Below, piece by piece: positions 1 through 13,160 of a stretch of DNA of 64,000 nt. The translations under genes and the position numbers were made by a program. Every line of letters starts with the position of its first letter. Position 1 is the first letter of the stretch. The notes under the pieces were generated by a model that saw nothing but the letters and a program-made list of their open reading frames with translations, was not told where the DNA came from and did no database searches. Source of the stretch: Octopus sinensis (Eukaryota); assembly GCF_006345805.1 (NCBI RefSeq), contig NC_043003.1, positions 109,182,001 to 109,246,000 on the forward strand, written 5' to 3'.

Positions 1-184
1 GCACGGAAGCCAGTCAAGGCGACACTGGCATCGGCCATGTATGGATGGTGCTTTTTAGGTGCCACCAGCACATTTATAAATACTTATAAAGCATGGTATC
101 GATCTAAATACTCATTATATGTGATAATTGGCTACATGAATCTTTCAGTAACAGTTTGTGAAGTCTTTTCATCTTCAGTAATAC

Positions 185-650
185 TACATGTACATAATTA
201 GCTGTGGAGGTGAGATGTACTGAAAGTATAATTGCTGGAATGAAAGTAGGATGGAGCAAGTTCAGAGAACTATTATCATATTCTAACATGTATAAGGAAA
301 CTGGTTTTGTCAAAAATTAGGTTAAAAAATATGGGAGTTTCTTATATATGGATAGCATTATAATCCCTTACAAAATTTTTTTTCCAAATTTTAAGCCCCA
401 CAAATTAGGGGTTTCCTTATACCCGAAGGTTCCTTATACACATTAAAATATGGTGCTTTAGTTGGTAACAAACGGCTTCTCTCTCAGAGTGAAAGGCAGA
501 TTGCGTGATGTTTATGTATGAACAGCAATGCTACATGGTTGTGAAACTTGGGCTGTGAATGCAGAGAACATGCAAAGACTAGAATGAAATGAAGCTAACA
601 TGCTCTGCTGGACTGGATGTGCAACATCAGTGAGCATGGATAACAGAGTG
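185..650 (+). mobile_element. Degenerate RTE-type LINE fragment, interrupted by a MITE
   Basis: Manual translation gives GWSKFRELL...GFSLRVKGRL...TAMLHGCETWAV, a typical post-RT RTE motif. It contains stops and frameshifts. Confidence 0.7.
277..453. mobile_element. Short Tc1/mariner-superfamily (Tc2/pogo-like) MITE
   Basis: Imperfect TIRs: tcatattctaacatgtataaggaaac versus the reverse complement of the right end, ccatattttaatgtgtataaggaacc. It splits the RTE reading frame. Confidence 0.55.
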
Positions 651-714
651 GGGTCTCTATATATGAATTTACTCCACTCTGGAGCTCTATTCCTCTAGCA
701 AATTTTAAAAAAAA

Positions 715-941
715 ATTTCTTTATTGATCACAAGGGGCTAAACATAGAGGGGATGAATAAGGACAGACAAAGGGATTAAGTCGATTACATCGACCCTAGT
801 GTATAACTGGTACTTAATTTATCGACCCCGAAAGAACGACAGGCAAAGTCGAACTCAGCGGAATTGGAACACAGAACGTAACGGCAGATGAAATACCGCT
901 AAGCATTTCACCCGGTAATGTTTCTGCCAGCTCACCGCCTT
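715..941 (-). mobile_element. tRNA-derived SINE with a Meta-domain-like core
   Basis: Reverse complement of the family at 61276-61502 (gcctttcatcctttcggggtcgataaattaagtaccag core). Further copies at about 13490-13722 and 56720-57100. Confidence 0.75.
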
Positions 942-1484
942 CCTCTAGCAAATTCTTCATTACATGAGTAGTTGGTATACAAATTGGGGATATCCATTCC
1001 AAGCCATGCCGAAACTCAACATATAAGCATGAACTAACGTTTAATTTAAGCTGTTCTTGAGAGAGTTCAAGCCAGTCACTGACAAGTGACAAGACTTTTT
1101 TTCAGTTAAGAGAGTTCCTGGTGTTTGTGAATATGTGGTTGAAGTGGGCGTTTTGGTTGAGCTGTTGATGCATTCACATAAGTGGTGCATCTGCTCACAT
1201 AAGAATCTCAGATGGAGAATTTTTGGAATGTCTTATAAATCTGTGCCACTAATAGATTGGATGTGGAGAATCTGTGTCAGTTTCTTTTGCACTTTTTCTG
1301 TGAAACTGTATGTCAAGGTTTTTGTGCAAATTTGTTGGTACGTATGTCTTTTGGTACAAATTTGTTGGCACCTATGATGAATGGTACAAATAGGAATTCA
1401 TTGTCGGTACAATGTATGTATGTATGTATGTATGTATGTATGTATGTATGTATGTATGTATGTATGTGTGTGTGTATGTATGTA

Positions 1485-1520
<36 letters not shown>

Positions 1521-1904
1521 CAGATTTGTCTGTTTTATGTATGTATTCTCATGCATATAGTTACATATCTAGACATGCTCATATATATTTAAACGATAAA
1601 CTTCTGGAAAGTTTTACAGATTTTCACAGTTCCTATAGTCTTCGAATTAGCTTTCTCCTTTCTGGTTTTGAGAAGCCTAATTTCTCAAAATTGGTATTTT
1701 ACAAGACTTGCCTGTGCAGTGATCTTAATCCATTTACTTGATAATTTAATCTGGCATTCAAAAGGATTGTAAAGCAATGTAGTAGTGAGCAGTCCAGAAA
1801 ATCCATTCCAAATGTAGCCTAATATAGCAGCTACGTACTTGTTCATTGACGAACAGATTTATTCAGCTCTATTTCCTGAAGGATTCAGTAGTTTATTTGG
1901 TGTC

Positions 1905-2855
1905 TTTTATCTTCTGTCTTTTGCTGGTTTCAGTCACTAGACTGCAGCCATACTGGAGCACCACCTTGAATTTTTAGTGGAATGTATCAACCTTAGTACT
2001 ATAAATCCTCGAGTATAGTCCGCCCTTGAGTATGATATGCAGGGGATTTTTAGGGGGCTGTACCTCTGAAAAACCTAAACCTTGTGTATAATACGCACTC
2101 CTTCTCTAACTTGAGTCATGTGTAATTAAGCCAGTAGCACCTAGTCGAACAAACACTTCCGCGCATGCGTAATACAATAATGGTGATGTTCTTAACTGTT
2201 ATATGGGAATGTAAATATGTTTGCAAATTGTTTTTGTTACATGTTATTCTGTGTTCTGAATAACTTTTATTTTAATAAATGTTGCTTTACTGCAAGTTAT
2301 GGATGATTCTTTTATGACTTCATTGCTTTCAGTTTTAGCTTAAGGTATTTTCGTGCCCAGCATCACAAAATGTGTCTGAATAAACATTGCCAGACAGTAA
2401 ATAGAGACTCAGACATTGCTTAGAAAATAATTTTTATTTTTAACCTCATATAGAGTATGCACTAGGAATTTTGACCTTTAAATTTTGGGAAAAAAATGCG
2501 GATTATACTCGAGGATTTATGGTACTTGTTTTCTCATTAAGCCTGGTACTTATACTATCGGTCTCTTTTGCTGAACTACTAAGTTATGGTGATGTAAACA
2601 CACCAGCACTGGTTGTCAAGCAGTGGTGGGGGGACAAACACAGACACAAAGGCACACACACATAAATACATATACATATGTATATGTATATATATACAAT
2701 GGGCTTCTTTGCAGCTTCCAACTACCAAATCCACTCCCAAGGCTTTGGTCAGCTCGAGGCTATAGTAGAAGACAGTTGACCATGTTGTCACACAGTGGGA
2801 CTGAACCCAGAACCACGTGGCTAGGAAGCAAGCTTCTTACCACACAGCTATGCCT
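1905..2855 (-). mobile_element. Composite octopus-type SINE interrupted by a MITE
   Basis: Same modules as 59729-60157 in reverse orientation, split at a TA by the element at 1999-2522. Confidence 0.7.
1999..2522. mobile_element. Tc2/pogo-like MITE with TA target-site duplication
   Basis: TIRs ctataaatcctcgagtata...tatactcgaggatttatgg flanked by TA on both sides. Second copy at 14225-14736. Confidence 0.8.
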
Positions 2856-3543
2856 GGGAAAGCTTTGTTCATATATACAAGCATATACAAGAATGTGTGT
2901 GTGTGACAAGTACACACACACACAGTCATCAGAGAGATGCGTGCACACACCCGCACACACATAAATACACACACACACACAATATATTTTTTATCTTCTC
3001 TTTCATGTTTTACTTGTTTCAGTCACTGGACTGAGGTCATGCTGGAGCATGCCTTGAAACATTTTACTCAGATTGGCTAGTCTTTTTATTCTATCAGTCT
3101 CTTATGCTGAACCATTATGTTACAGGGACATGAACAAACCAACACTGGTTGTCAAGTGGGGAGGAAAAACACAAAGGTCCATACATACATATACATACAT
3201 GAATATGACAGGCTTATATAGGGCTTCCGTCTACCAAAAATTTCTCCTTGTGTTTGTTCACTTTACTAGAAATAGCAACCAAACATCTTTTAAATCATAC
3301 ACTACTGTTTTGAAGAAAGCACCTGTGGGATAATGCGGACTTGGATTCTCTACACATAAAGAAAAAGGTGGGATGGTCATGGTTTGAACCTTCTTGATTA
3401 GAGGTTTGCTCAGTCAGGTTTGACTTGGGACTAAACTATAAACAACACCAAAGAACAAAATGAATGAATATGGTGTAATGATTACATTAGAACCATTTGT
3501 CATGCGTGTATGTGTGTATGTATATTTATATATATATATATAT

Positions 3544-3850
3544 GGAGGTGCAATGGCTCAGTTGTTAGGGCATCAGACTCGCGGTCGGAGGATTGGGGTT
3601 TCGATTCCCAGACCGGGCGTTGTATGAGTTTATTGAATGAAAACACCTAAAAGCTCCATGAGGCTCCAGCAGGGGACGGTGGCGACCCCCTGTTGTACTC
3701 TTTCGACCCAACTTTCTCTCACTCTCTCTTTCGGTTTCTTGAGTAACTCTGCGATGGACTGGTGTCCCGCCCAGCTGGGGGGAAACACATACGCCACAGA
3801 AACCGGGAAACCGGGCCCATGAGCCTGGCTAGGCTTCAAAAGGGTGACAT
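3544..3850 (+). mobile_element. tRNA-derived SINE
   Basis: A-box-like tggctcagttgtt and B-box gtttcgattcc. Related copies at 21826-22097 (-) and 52458-52756 (+). Confidence 0.75.
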
Positions 3851-3991
3851 TTATCATTTTATATATATATATACATACATACATACATGCATACATACAT
3901 GCATACAGGTATGGTGATGCAAACAAGAAAACAGAACTCAGAATATTAATAAAAAATATATTTATGTGTGTGTGTGTATACACACACACAC

Positions 3992-4090
<99 letters not shown>

Positions 4091-4110
4091 TATATATTAT
4101 ATATAGAAGG

Positions 4111-4161
4111 AGCTTCTACAGGACTAGAACTGTTTCATTCAAGAGAAATCTTCAGGAAGCT
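4111..4161 (-). ncRNA. Type I hammerhead ribozyme (left arm of the PLE)
   Basis: Minus strand reads agcttc-CTGAAGA-tttctcttgaat-GAAA-cag ttctagtc ctg-TA-gaagct. Stem I 6 bp, intact core, GUA cleavage triplet. Confidence 0.8.
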
Positions 4162-5183
4162 AGTTAACAAGATTTGTATTGGCATTTATACATTCAGGCA
4201 GGTTTAAAGGGGTGTTGGTGGGGGACTTTTTGGGGGTAGGCATAGCGCAAAATATCATACTTGGGGGAGTGGTCAAGGAGTCAGTGTTAAATTAGATAGA
4301 AGAATAAATAAAAAATTAAAAAATATATATATAAAAAAAAGGGAATAGAGTTTTAGGTAAATAAGGGGATTCTCACTTATACCTATGCACATATGTATAC
4401 ATATATACACACACATACAAACATATATACATATACAAACACACATACATACACACACACATATATACATATATATACACTTACCCATACATATACATAT
4501 CTACACATACACATATATGTATACATACACACACTCACATGCATACACGTATACACACATGTATATATACACACACGACCACACATACATATACATACAG
4601 AAAAATATATATACACATACACACACATACTCACATACACGCATACACACACATATCCACACACACACATGCACACACAGCACACTAGTCCCTATATACA
4701 CATATATACACATACACACATATATATATACACACACACACATATACATACATATATATATATATATATATACATATGTGTACCTATGCATACCTACACA
4801 TACACACATATATATACACATACAAATACAGACCCATTCCCTAATTTTAATTTTATTATCTTCATTTATTACTTTTGTTATCTTTGACCGCTGGTCACAA
4901 ACATCTTGGCTATGACAGCCAGTCCATTTATCTGTCTACTGGAAAACAAGCACTCATTCACTCACGCACACTCTTTAGCACGTACACTCACTCATTCGTA
5001 CACTCATACACATACACGCACGCACGCGTTATATTCATACATACATACATCTACATACATTCACGTATATACACATACGTACGCGTACCTACAGATTCAT
5101 GTCTACACTCTTAGAAGGCTAGTCTATACATATACACCAATAAATATAAATACACACACATACATATACACCTACATACAAAT

Positions 5184-5217
<34 letters not shown>

Positions 5218-5485
5218 TCACATATATATACACATATATATATATACATATATATATTATATATACACACATACAATAATACATATATATACACACATAC
5301 ACATACATACATATACACACATACACATACATACGTATACATACATACATACATCCATACATCCATACATAATACATTTATACACATACACACACCCACA
5401 CGTATACATATACATACATATATATACGCGCATGCATACACATACAAATACATACACATACGCATATACATATACATACATACAT

Positions 5486-5533
<48 letters not shown>

Positions 5534-5535
<2 letters not shown>

Positions 5536-7024
5536 CACACACCTCTTTTAACACACACCTCTAATTTTCAACCACCTTTATCTCATGTTAAATTATATTT
5601 TTATCTTATTTTATTTTATTTTATTTTTACTCTTATTCTACTTCCATTTATTCTCATTTTCATTTTCATCCCTTACCTTAACTCTTATAATTTTTATAAT
5701 TTTTATATTTCATTTCTAACTATTACATTGTATTTCTTATTTTATACTGTATTTCTTACTTTTATTTCTAATTTTTACCCTTACCCTCATTCTTACCCCT
5801 AACTTATCGCTTTACATCTCTATATATGTTTATTTACTTACCTATAGATCCACTTTTGACTATGCAAGCGTCCGTGTACATATGTATACGCATACATACA
5901 TAGACGCGCGCATATATGTACATGCATATTTTGATATCTTATAGCTATATCCATATGTCTCTGTGTGTGTGTGTAGGTGTATGTGTGCACGCACATACGT
6001 ACACACAGCCGTGTGTGCGTGCACGCATAGACGTGATTACTTTAATATCTTATATCTAGACCTGGAAGCGTGAGCATATGCGTGTGTGTATGTAGTGATG
6101 AGCGCGCGTATGTACATGTGAGTGTGTACACGTATAGTGTCCGTGTATACATGCGGATATTCTGTTGTATGTATGTGTACGCACGTGCGTGTGGGTGTGT
6201 GTGTGTTTATATGCATGTTTACACGCTAGTGCGTGTGTATGCTTATAGGCTTGGAGGCGTATATGTACGCGTGTATAGGGTGTGTGTATCCATGTTGGTA
6301 TGTATGTACTAGAAGTCCAAATAATTCAAGGAACCAGATTAAACGCTCAACAGCTCCGATTTACAACGCATTAGGTCCAGACGAAACTGTTGATTTACTG
6401 ACAATTCTACAACTAAATTTTATCAATCTCCTGACCACCATGCTTGGTCCTTACCTCTATACATCCCTTATCTTTATATTTTTTTATATTTTGTTACATT
6501 TTTATCGTGTTTTTTTACTTTTATTTTTATTTCTATTTCTATTTTTACTTTATAACCTTATGCCTTTACATTTATTTATATTTCTTTATATTTCTTTATA
6601 TTCTTTATACCCCCTTTACATCTCCGTATATCTCTTTATCTTTATGCTCTACATTTTTATATTTTTCTATACTTACACTTTTTATACATTTTTTATCCCT
6701 CGTCCTGAATTCTCGCCCATCTTCACGTATATACATGTATTTATTTATTTACATTACTTCAACATCCATTTTTCCTCATCCTACATTGAGAGAAGAAAGA
6801 GATGGACGCTTCAATTCTATGCTGCTGCCGCATTATGTCGTACACGAATGGGAGGATTTGCATCCCCAACCAAGAATTTCTGATGTAACACATGTCCTTG
6901 TGGAAGCTGTTGTGCGCGGCTGAAGAAGGCCACAGACATACATTATGCATTGTTATAAATCTGTCTAATAAAGGCCCGAAACATATGTACCGCTGAATCC
7001 TTCGCATCATGTTTTTATTTTGAT

Positions 7025-7026
<2 letters not shown>
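5534..7026 (+). mobile_element. Non-coding PLE-derived HHR element inserted in the (TA)n of the left arm
   Basis: Absent from the mirror arm (about 10360-10380), flanked by (TA)n on both sides, and carries an HHR near its 3' end. Confidence 0.7.
6916..6993 (+). ncRNA. Type I hammerhead with extended stem II and palindromic stem III
   Basis: gcgg-CTGAAGA-aggcc[acaga...tctgt...]ggccc-GAAA-catatg-TA-ccgc. ACATATGT is self-complementary. Confidence 0.8.
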
Positions 7027-7059
<33 letters not shown>

Positions 7060-7427
7060 CACACACATACATATACATACATACATATACAAATATACGC
7101 ACACACATACATACATACTCATATACACATACACGCACATACACATGTACATGCGTACCCGTACACACACACACACACGCGCATCCATATATACACATAA
7201 GTACACACATGCGTAAAAGTATACATGTATCTATGCTTACACATACACACACACACACACGCGCCTCCTTATATTCATACTTACATGCATACTCAAAAAA
7301 TAAGTAAATAGTAAAATATATATACGCGCAGTTATTCATACATGCATACTCAAAAAATAAATAATAAATATTAAGTATATGTACGTGCAGTTACCTATTA
7401 TATAGACGGATACATACATATAAACTT

Positions 7428-7478
<51 letters not shown>

Positions 7479-7844
7479 TACACATATACATACATATACA
7501 TATATATATATATATACACACACACACATACACATATATATACATATACATACTTACACACATGTACAAATAGATACACACATAGATAACTCTACGTACC
7601 TACATATACATAAACAGGGGCAGGTGGTTTTATCAGGGCAGTTGCAATTGCTATCGGACGTTGGATGGGCCTCGGAAAAAGTAGATATGTTAAGTTTTTT
7701 CACATTGTTGTTGGCTAGGTTCCTGGCTAGATTGGGCGTGGTAGAGTAGGAGAGTCTAATAGTGTTCTTATTTAGGATAGTGTAGTACTTATGTTGGGGG
7801 GGGGAGTGTTTCTGTAGGAGAGTGAAGAAGATTTTAGCTACAGG

Positions 7845-8480
7845 TGTAGCGACCTTCTTCACTCTCCTACAGAAACACTTCCCCACCCAACATAAGTACT
7901 ACACTATCCTAAATAAGAACACTATTAGACTCTCCTACTCTACCACGCCCAATCTAGCCAGGAACCTAGCCAACAACAATGTGAAAAAACTTAACATATC
8001 TACTTTTTCCGAGGCCCATCCAACGTCCGATAGCAATTGCAACTGCCCTGATAAAACCACCTGCCCCCTCAACAACAACTGCCTACAGAGGGACCTAGTA
8101 TATACATGCGAGGTAAGATCAGGCCCTGACGATAAAAGAAAATCCTACATCGGAATGACGTCAAACAGCTTTAAGACCCGTTGGTACGCACACACACACT
8201 CGTTCCGGCGACAGGATAAATCCAACCAAACTACCCTCGCCGCCCACATCTGGTACCTTAAAAGGAACTCCATCCCCTTCAAGACCAAGTGGAAACTACT
8301 ACAGAAGGCGCGCTCGTACACAGGAGGCCATACCTGCTGTGACCTCTGCATATCGGAGAGCCTAGAGATCTTGTTCGCCAAAGGCCCTCTCTTAACAAAA
8401 TCTCAGAACACTCCCCAAATTGCATGCATAAGAAGTATGCGAACTACAAGAACTATAGACCTACCCGGCAACCAGATTGA
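7845..8480 (+). pseudogene. C-terminal RT-thumb/linker plus GIY-YIG endonuclease of a Penelope-like element (Naiad-like), 5'-truncated and frameshifted near 8390
   Basis: ORF 7822-8523 contains NTIRLSYSTTPN, CNCPDKTTCPLNNNCL, LVY...YIGMT...FKTRW..H..SF and CDLC..E. A 1-nt shift restores LNKISEHSPNCMHKK, ending at TGA 8478-8480. Confidence 0.85.
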
Positions 8481-9099
8481 TGACACCCCACCACAAACCC
8501 CCCTAATCCCACCGTTCCCCTAGCACCCCCGATTACCTTTTCTCCTAAGACCTTTCACATATTGTATGTGCACGCTTGTATATGTGTATCGTATATATGT
8601 ATAGAAATGTATGGGTATAGTAGGAATATACGCATGTATTATGTGCGTGTGTGTGTGTATGTATGTAAAAAAAAATATATATATATATGTATGTGCGTGT
8701 GTGTGTGTGTGTGTGTATATATGTATATGTATATATGTATATATGTATATATATGTGTGTATGCATATGTATGTGTATATGTATGTGTGTATGTATGTGT
8801 ATGTATGTATAAAATATTATATAATTAGGGCTTAGTAAAATAAATTACTTTGCCACATACTGAACTTTCTAGAAATAGCAGCCAAAAAAGTTTTTTAGCC
8901 TCTTCCACTACTTAGAGAATATTTTCCCTCAGACATTGTTTACTCAAAAAAATAATGGTCCTTTTACATACTGAATACTTGGTGAAATTGATTAATAACT
9001 AATTAACTTTACCCTCAATTGTTGATATATGTATGTGTGTGTATATATATGTATATGTATATATATATGTACATGTATGTATATGTGTATGTATGTATG

Positions 9100-9134
<35 letters not shown>

Positions 9135-9393
9135 GTGTTGTGTATATATATATATATATGTATGTGTGTGTATATGTGTATTATGTATATATTTATATTA
9201 TATATATATGTATATGTATATGTATGTGTGTGTGTATATGTATATATGTGTATATATATGAGTGTACGCGAGTATGTCGATGTATATGTAGGTATGTAGA
9301 GTTATGTGTATGTGCATGTATGTGAGTGTAGATACAAATTGTAGATGTGTATATATATGTGTGTGTATATATACATGTATATAGGTATATGTA

Positions 9394-9434
<41 letters not shown>

Positions 9435-9683
9435 GCGAGTATGTAGAGATATAAGTATGTGTATGTGTATATATATGTGTGTGTATATATATGTATAGGT
9501 ATGTGTATGTGTATGTATGTATATATATATGTGTGTGTGTATGTATGCATATATGTATGTATGTATGTATGTATATGTGTATGTATATATGTGTGTAAGT
9601 GTGTGTATATATGTATATGTAAGTGTGTGTGCGTGTATGAGTATGTATGTATGTTTGCACACATGTATATGTGTGTGTATATG

Positions 9684-9715
<32 letters not shown>

Positions 9716-9911
9716 TATGTATATGTGTGTGTGTGTATATATATGTGTGTATGTGTATGTATGTATGTATATATATGCGTGTGTATGTGTATGTGTATAT
9801 GTACATATACGTGTACGCTCGTGTGTTTATGTATATGTAGGTACGTAGAGTTATCTATGTGTGTATCTATTTGTACATGTGTGTAAGTATGTATATGTAT
9901 ATATATGTGTA

Positions 9912-9942
<31 letters not shown>

Positions 9943-11359
9943 GTATATGTATGTATATGTGTATATGTATATATATATATATATGTGTGTGTAAGTTTAT
10001 ATGTATGTATCCGTCTATATAATAGGTAACTGCACGTACATATACTTAATATTTATTATTTATTTTTTGAGTATGCATGTATGAATAACTGCGCGTATAT
10101 ATATTTTACTATTTACTTATTTTTTGAGTATGCATGTAAGTATGAATATAAGGAGGCGCGTGTGTGTGTGTGTGTATGTGTAAGCATAGATATATGTATA
10201 CTTTTACGCATGTGTGTACTTATGTGTATATATGGATGCACGCGTGTGTGTGTGTGTACGGGTACGCATGTACATGTGTATGTGCGTGTATGTGTATATG
10301 AGTATGTATGTATGTGTGTGCGTATATTTGTATATGTATGTATGTATATGTATGTGTGGTATGTATATATATATATGTGTGGTGGTGTATGTATGTATAT
10401 GTATATGCGTATGTGTATGTATTTGTATGTGTATGCATGGCGTTATATATATGTATGTATATGTATACGTGTGGGTGTGTGTAGTGTATAATGTATGTAT
10501 GGATGTATGGATGTATGTATGTATGTATACGTATGTATGTGTATGTGTGTATATGTATGTATGTGTATGTGTGTATATATATGTATATATGTGTATGTGT
10601 GTATATATATATATATGTATATATATATATGTGTATATATATGTGAATATATATATATATATATATACATGTATGTATTTGTATGTAGGTGTATATGTAT
10701 GTGTGTGTATATATATGTGTGTATGTGTAGGTATGCATAGGTACACATATGTATATATATATATATATATGTATGTATATGTGTGTGTGTGTATATATAT
10801 ATGTGTGTATGTGTATATATGTGTATATAGGGACTAGTGTGCTGTGTGTGCATGTGTGTGTGTGGATATGTGTGTGTATGCGTGTATGTGAGTATGTGTG
10901 TGTATGTGTATATATATTTTTCTGTGTGTATATGTATGTGTGGTCGTGTGTGTATATATACATGTGTGTATACGTGTATGCATGTGAGTGTGTGTATGTA
11001 TACATATATGTGTATGTGTAGATATGTATATGTATGGGTAAGTGTATATATATGTATATATGTGTGTGTGTATGTATGTGTGTTTGGTATATGTATATAT
11101 GTTTGTATGTGTGTGTATCTATGTATACATATGTGCATAGGTATAAGTGAGAATCCCCTTATTTACCTAACACTCTATTCCCTTTTTTTATATATATATT
11201 TTTTATTCTTTTATTTATTCTTCTATCTAATTTAACACTGACTCCTTGACCACTCCCCCAAGTATGATTTTTGCGCTATGCCTACCCCCAAAAAGTCCCC
11301 CACCAACACCCCTTTAAACCTGCCTAAATGTATAAATGCCAATACAATTCTTGTTAACT

Positions 11360-11410
11360 AGCTTCCTGAAGATTTCTCTTGAATGAAACAGTTCTAGACC
11401 TGTAGAAGCT
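11360..11410 (+). ncRNA. Type I hammerhead ribozyme (right arm, PLE 3' end)
   Basis: agcttc-CTGAAGA-tttctcttgaat-GAAA-cag ttctagac ctg-TA-gaagct. Predicted cleavage after 11404. AATAAA follows at 11421. Confidence 0.82.
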
Positions 11411-11493
11411 CCTTCTATATAATAAATTAATTTTACTCTGCTATGTATTGAGTACCTTATTTACTGTGGTTAACCCCGAATCAACCCGGGACC

Positions 11494-11540
<47 letters not shown>

Positions 11541-12216
11541 AAGAATCTGTATATACCTATATGCATACATATATGTGTGTGCAGGTATACATGCATATAT
11601 ATATATCTATATATATCTATATATATACAAACATTTGTACCATATTACCGTAATATGTTTATTCCTCTATTCGGTTCGACTTTCTTCCTTTGTCATCTCC
11701 TTATCCTCCTTTCCTTTCCCTTCCATTAAACACACTCACTCACTCGTATTTCTATACAATATAATACACTCACTCGTATCACATCATCTTTATTAGTCAC
11801 AGATGCGAAAAGAAGTTGCAAATTGGCCAAGGTTTTTGTTTTCAGAGCACCAGATTGAAAGAATGTCTTGTAATATTCATTCCATGTATCTGTACTTGGA
11901 ATTGAAACCTCTTTGAGGTCAGCTTTGCCTTTTGTCCTTTCAGTCACCCATTCGGTCATCATCATCATCATCGTCATTATTGTTTTAATGCTGTTTACCT
12001 TTTTTTAAACTTTTTCCTTGTTTCAGTCATTAGACCGTGGCCATGCTGGGGCACCACCTTGAAGAAATTTTAGTTGAATGAATTGACCCCAGGACTTGTT
12101 ACTTTGGTTAAAGCCTGGTACTTATTCTATCAGGCTCTTTTGCCAAGCCACTAAGTTACAAGGATGTATATATATATATAGCAGAATAAGAAATAGAAGA
12201 TCCTCGGTATAGAATC

Positions 12217-12935
12217 ATATATTTGAAAAAAATGAATAGAAATGTCTTTTCTGATAATTTCTCCATTTTTATAATTAGACATTTATAAGTTTGCAAAAGG
12301 TGACTCTGACAGTTTCTTGCTTAAACACAGTTATCAAACTGATATGTTAGGGTTTGTTATTCACCATTTGAATAGGGAGTGTTTAATTACAAACATACAC
12401 ACATACAAACACTAACACCCCCACACACATACATATACCCATACACATACATATACACACCTAAGTAGATGTACACAAACAAAAACATAGGACCTTACAT
12501 ATACATACATGCAGAGAAGCACAAAAGTACATATGCACCTATTCATTCACGTATATTCACATTTGTTCATACATATATACACACACATGCAAAACCAAAA
12601 GAAGGGGAAAAGGAGAATTAAGCAGATCAAGAATAAAGAAATGGAATTTTTTAGTGTGGTCATTTTGGTATTTCAAGGGGTGGTCATATATGTATTTATG
12701 CATGGGTATATTTATATGTGCGTGTGTGTGTTAGTGTTTGTATATGTGTATATTTGTAATTAAACACTCTCTATTTAAACAGCGATTAAAAAAAACTCTA
12801 AAATATCAGTTTGATAACCATATTTAAGCAAGAAACTCCCATTAGAGGGACTTTTTGTAAACTTGTAACACACCTAATTATTAAAATGGCAAAAGTGTCA
12901 GAAAAGCCATTTCTATTAATTTTTTTCAAATATAT
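12217..12935. repeat. Diverged inverted repeat with arms of about 240 bp (old fold-back element)
   Basis: 12217-12457 is approximately the reverse complement of 12688-12935 (tttcttgcttaaa/tttaagcaagaaa, gtgtttaattacaaa/tttgtaattaaacac). (TA)n flanks. Confidence 0.7.
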
Positions 12936-12944
12936 ATATATATA

Positions 12945-13160
12945 TCATCATCATCATCATCATCATATCATCATCATCATCATCGTTTAACGTCCGTTCT
13001 CCATGTTAGCATGGGTTGGATGGTTCGACCGGGAATCTGGGAAGCCAGAAGGCTGCACCAGGCTCCAGTCTGATCTGGCAATGTTTCTACAGCTGGATGC
13101 CCTTCCTAACGCCAACCACTCCGTGAGTGTAGTGGGTGCTTTTTACGTGCCACCTGCACG
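12945..13160 (-). mobile_element. SINE with a Nin-domain-like core and (GAT)n RTE-type tail
   Basis: ctggatgcccttcctaacgccaacc core preceded by (CAT)n. Copies at 15212-15670, 26697-26870 and 30306-30650. Confidence 0.7.

Larger units (their letters stand above)
4101..11495. mobile_element. Fold-back (palindromic) 5'-truncated Penelope-like retroelement with a GIY-YIG domain and terminal hammerheads
   Basis: 4101-7616 is the reverse complement of about 9824-11420 (plus insertions). 7617-7830 is the reverse complement of about 7854-8067. Symmetry centre near 7843. Both ends sit in (TA)n. Confidence 0.85.

Noticed and set aside
3544-3620. tRNA-like sequence (also at 52458 and 22030)
   Set aside because: These are SINE heads that continue into a SINE body, with no clean cloverleaf.
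7554-7886. Minus-strand ORF resembling the GIY-YIG ORF N-terminus
   Set aside because: It is only the mirror arm of the palindrome, not a separate gene.
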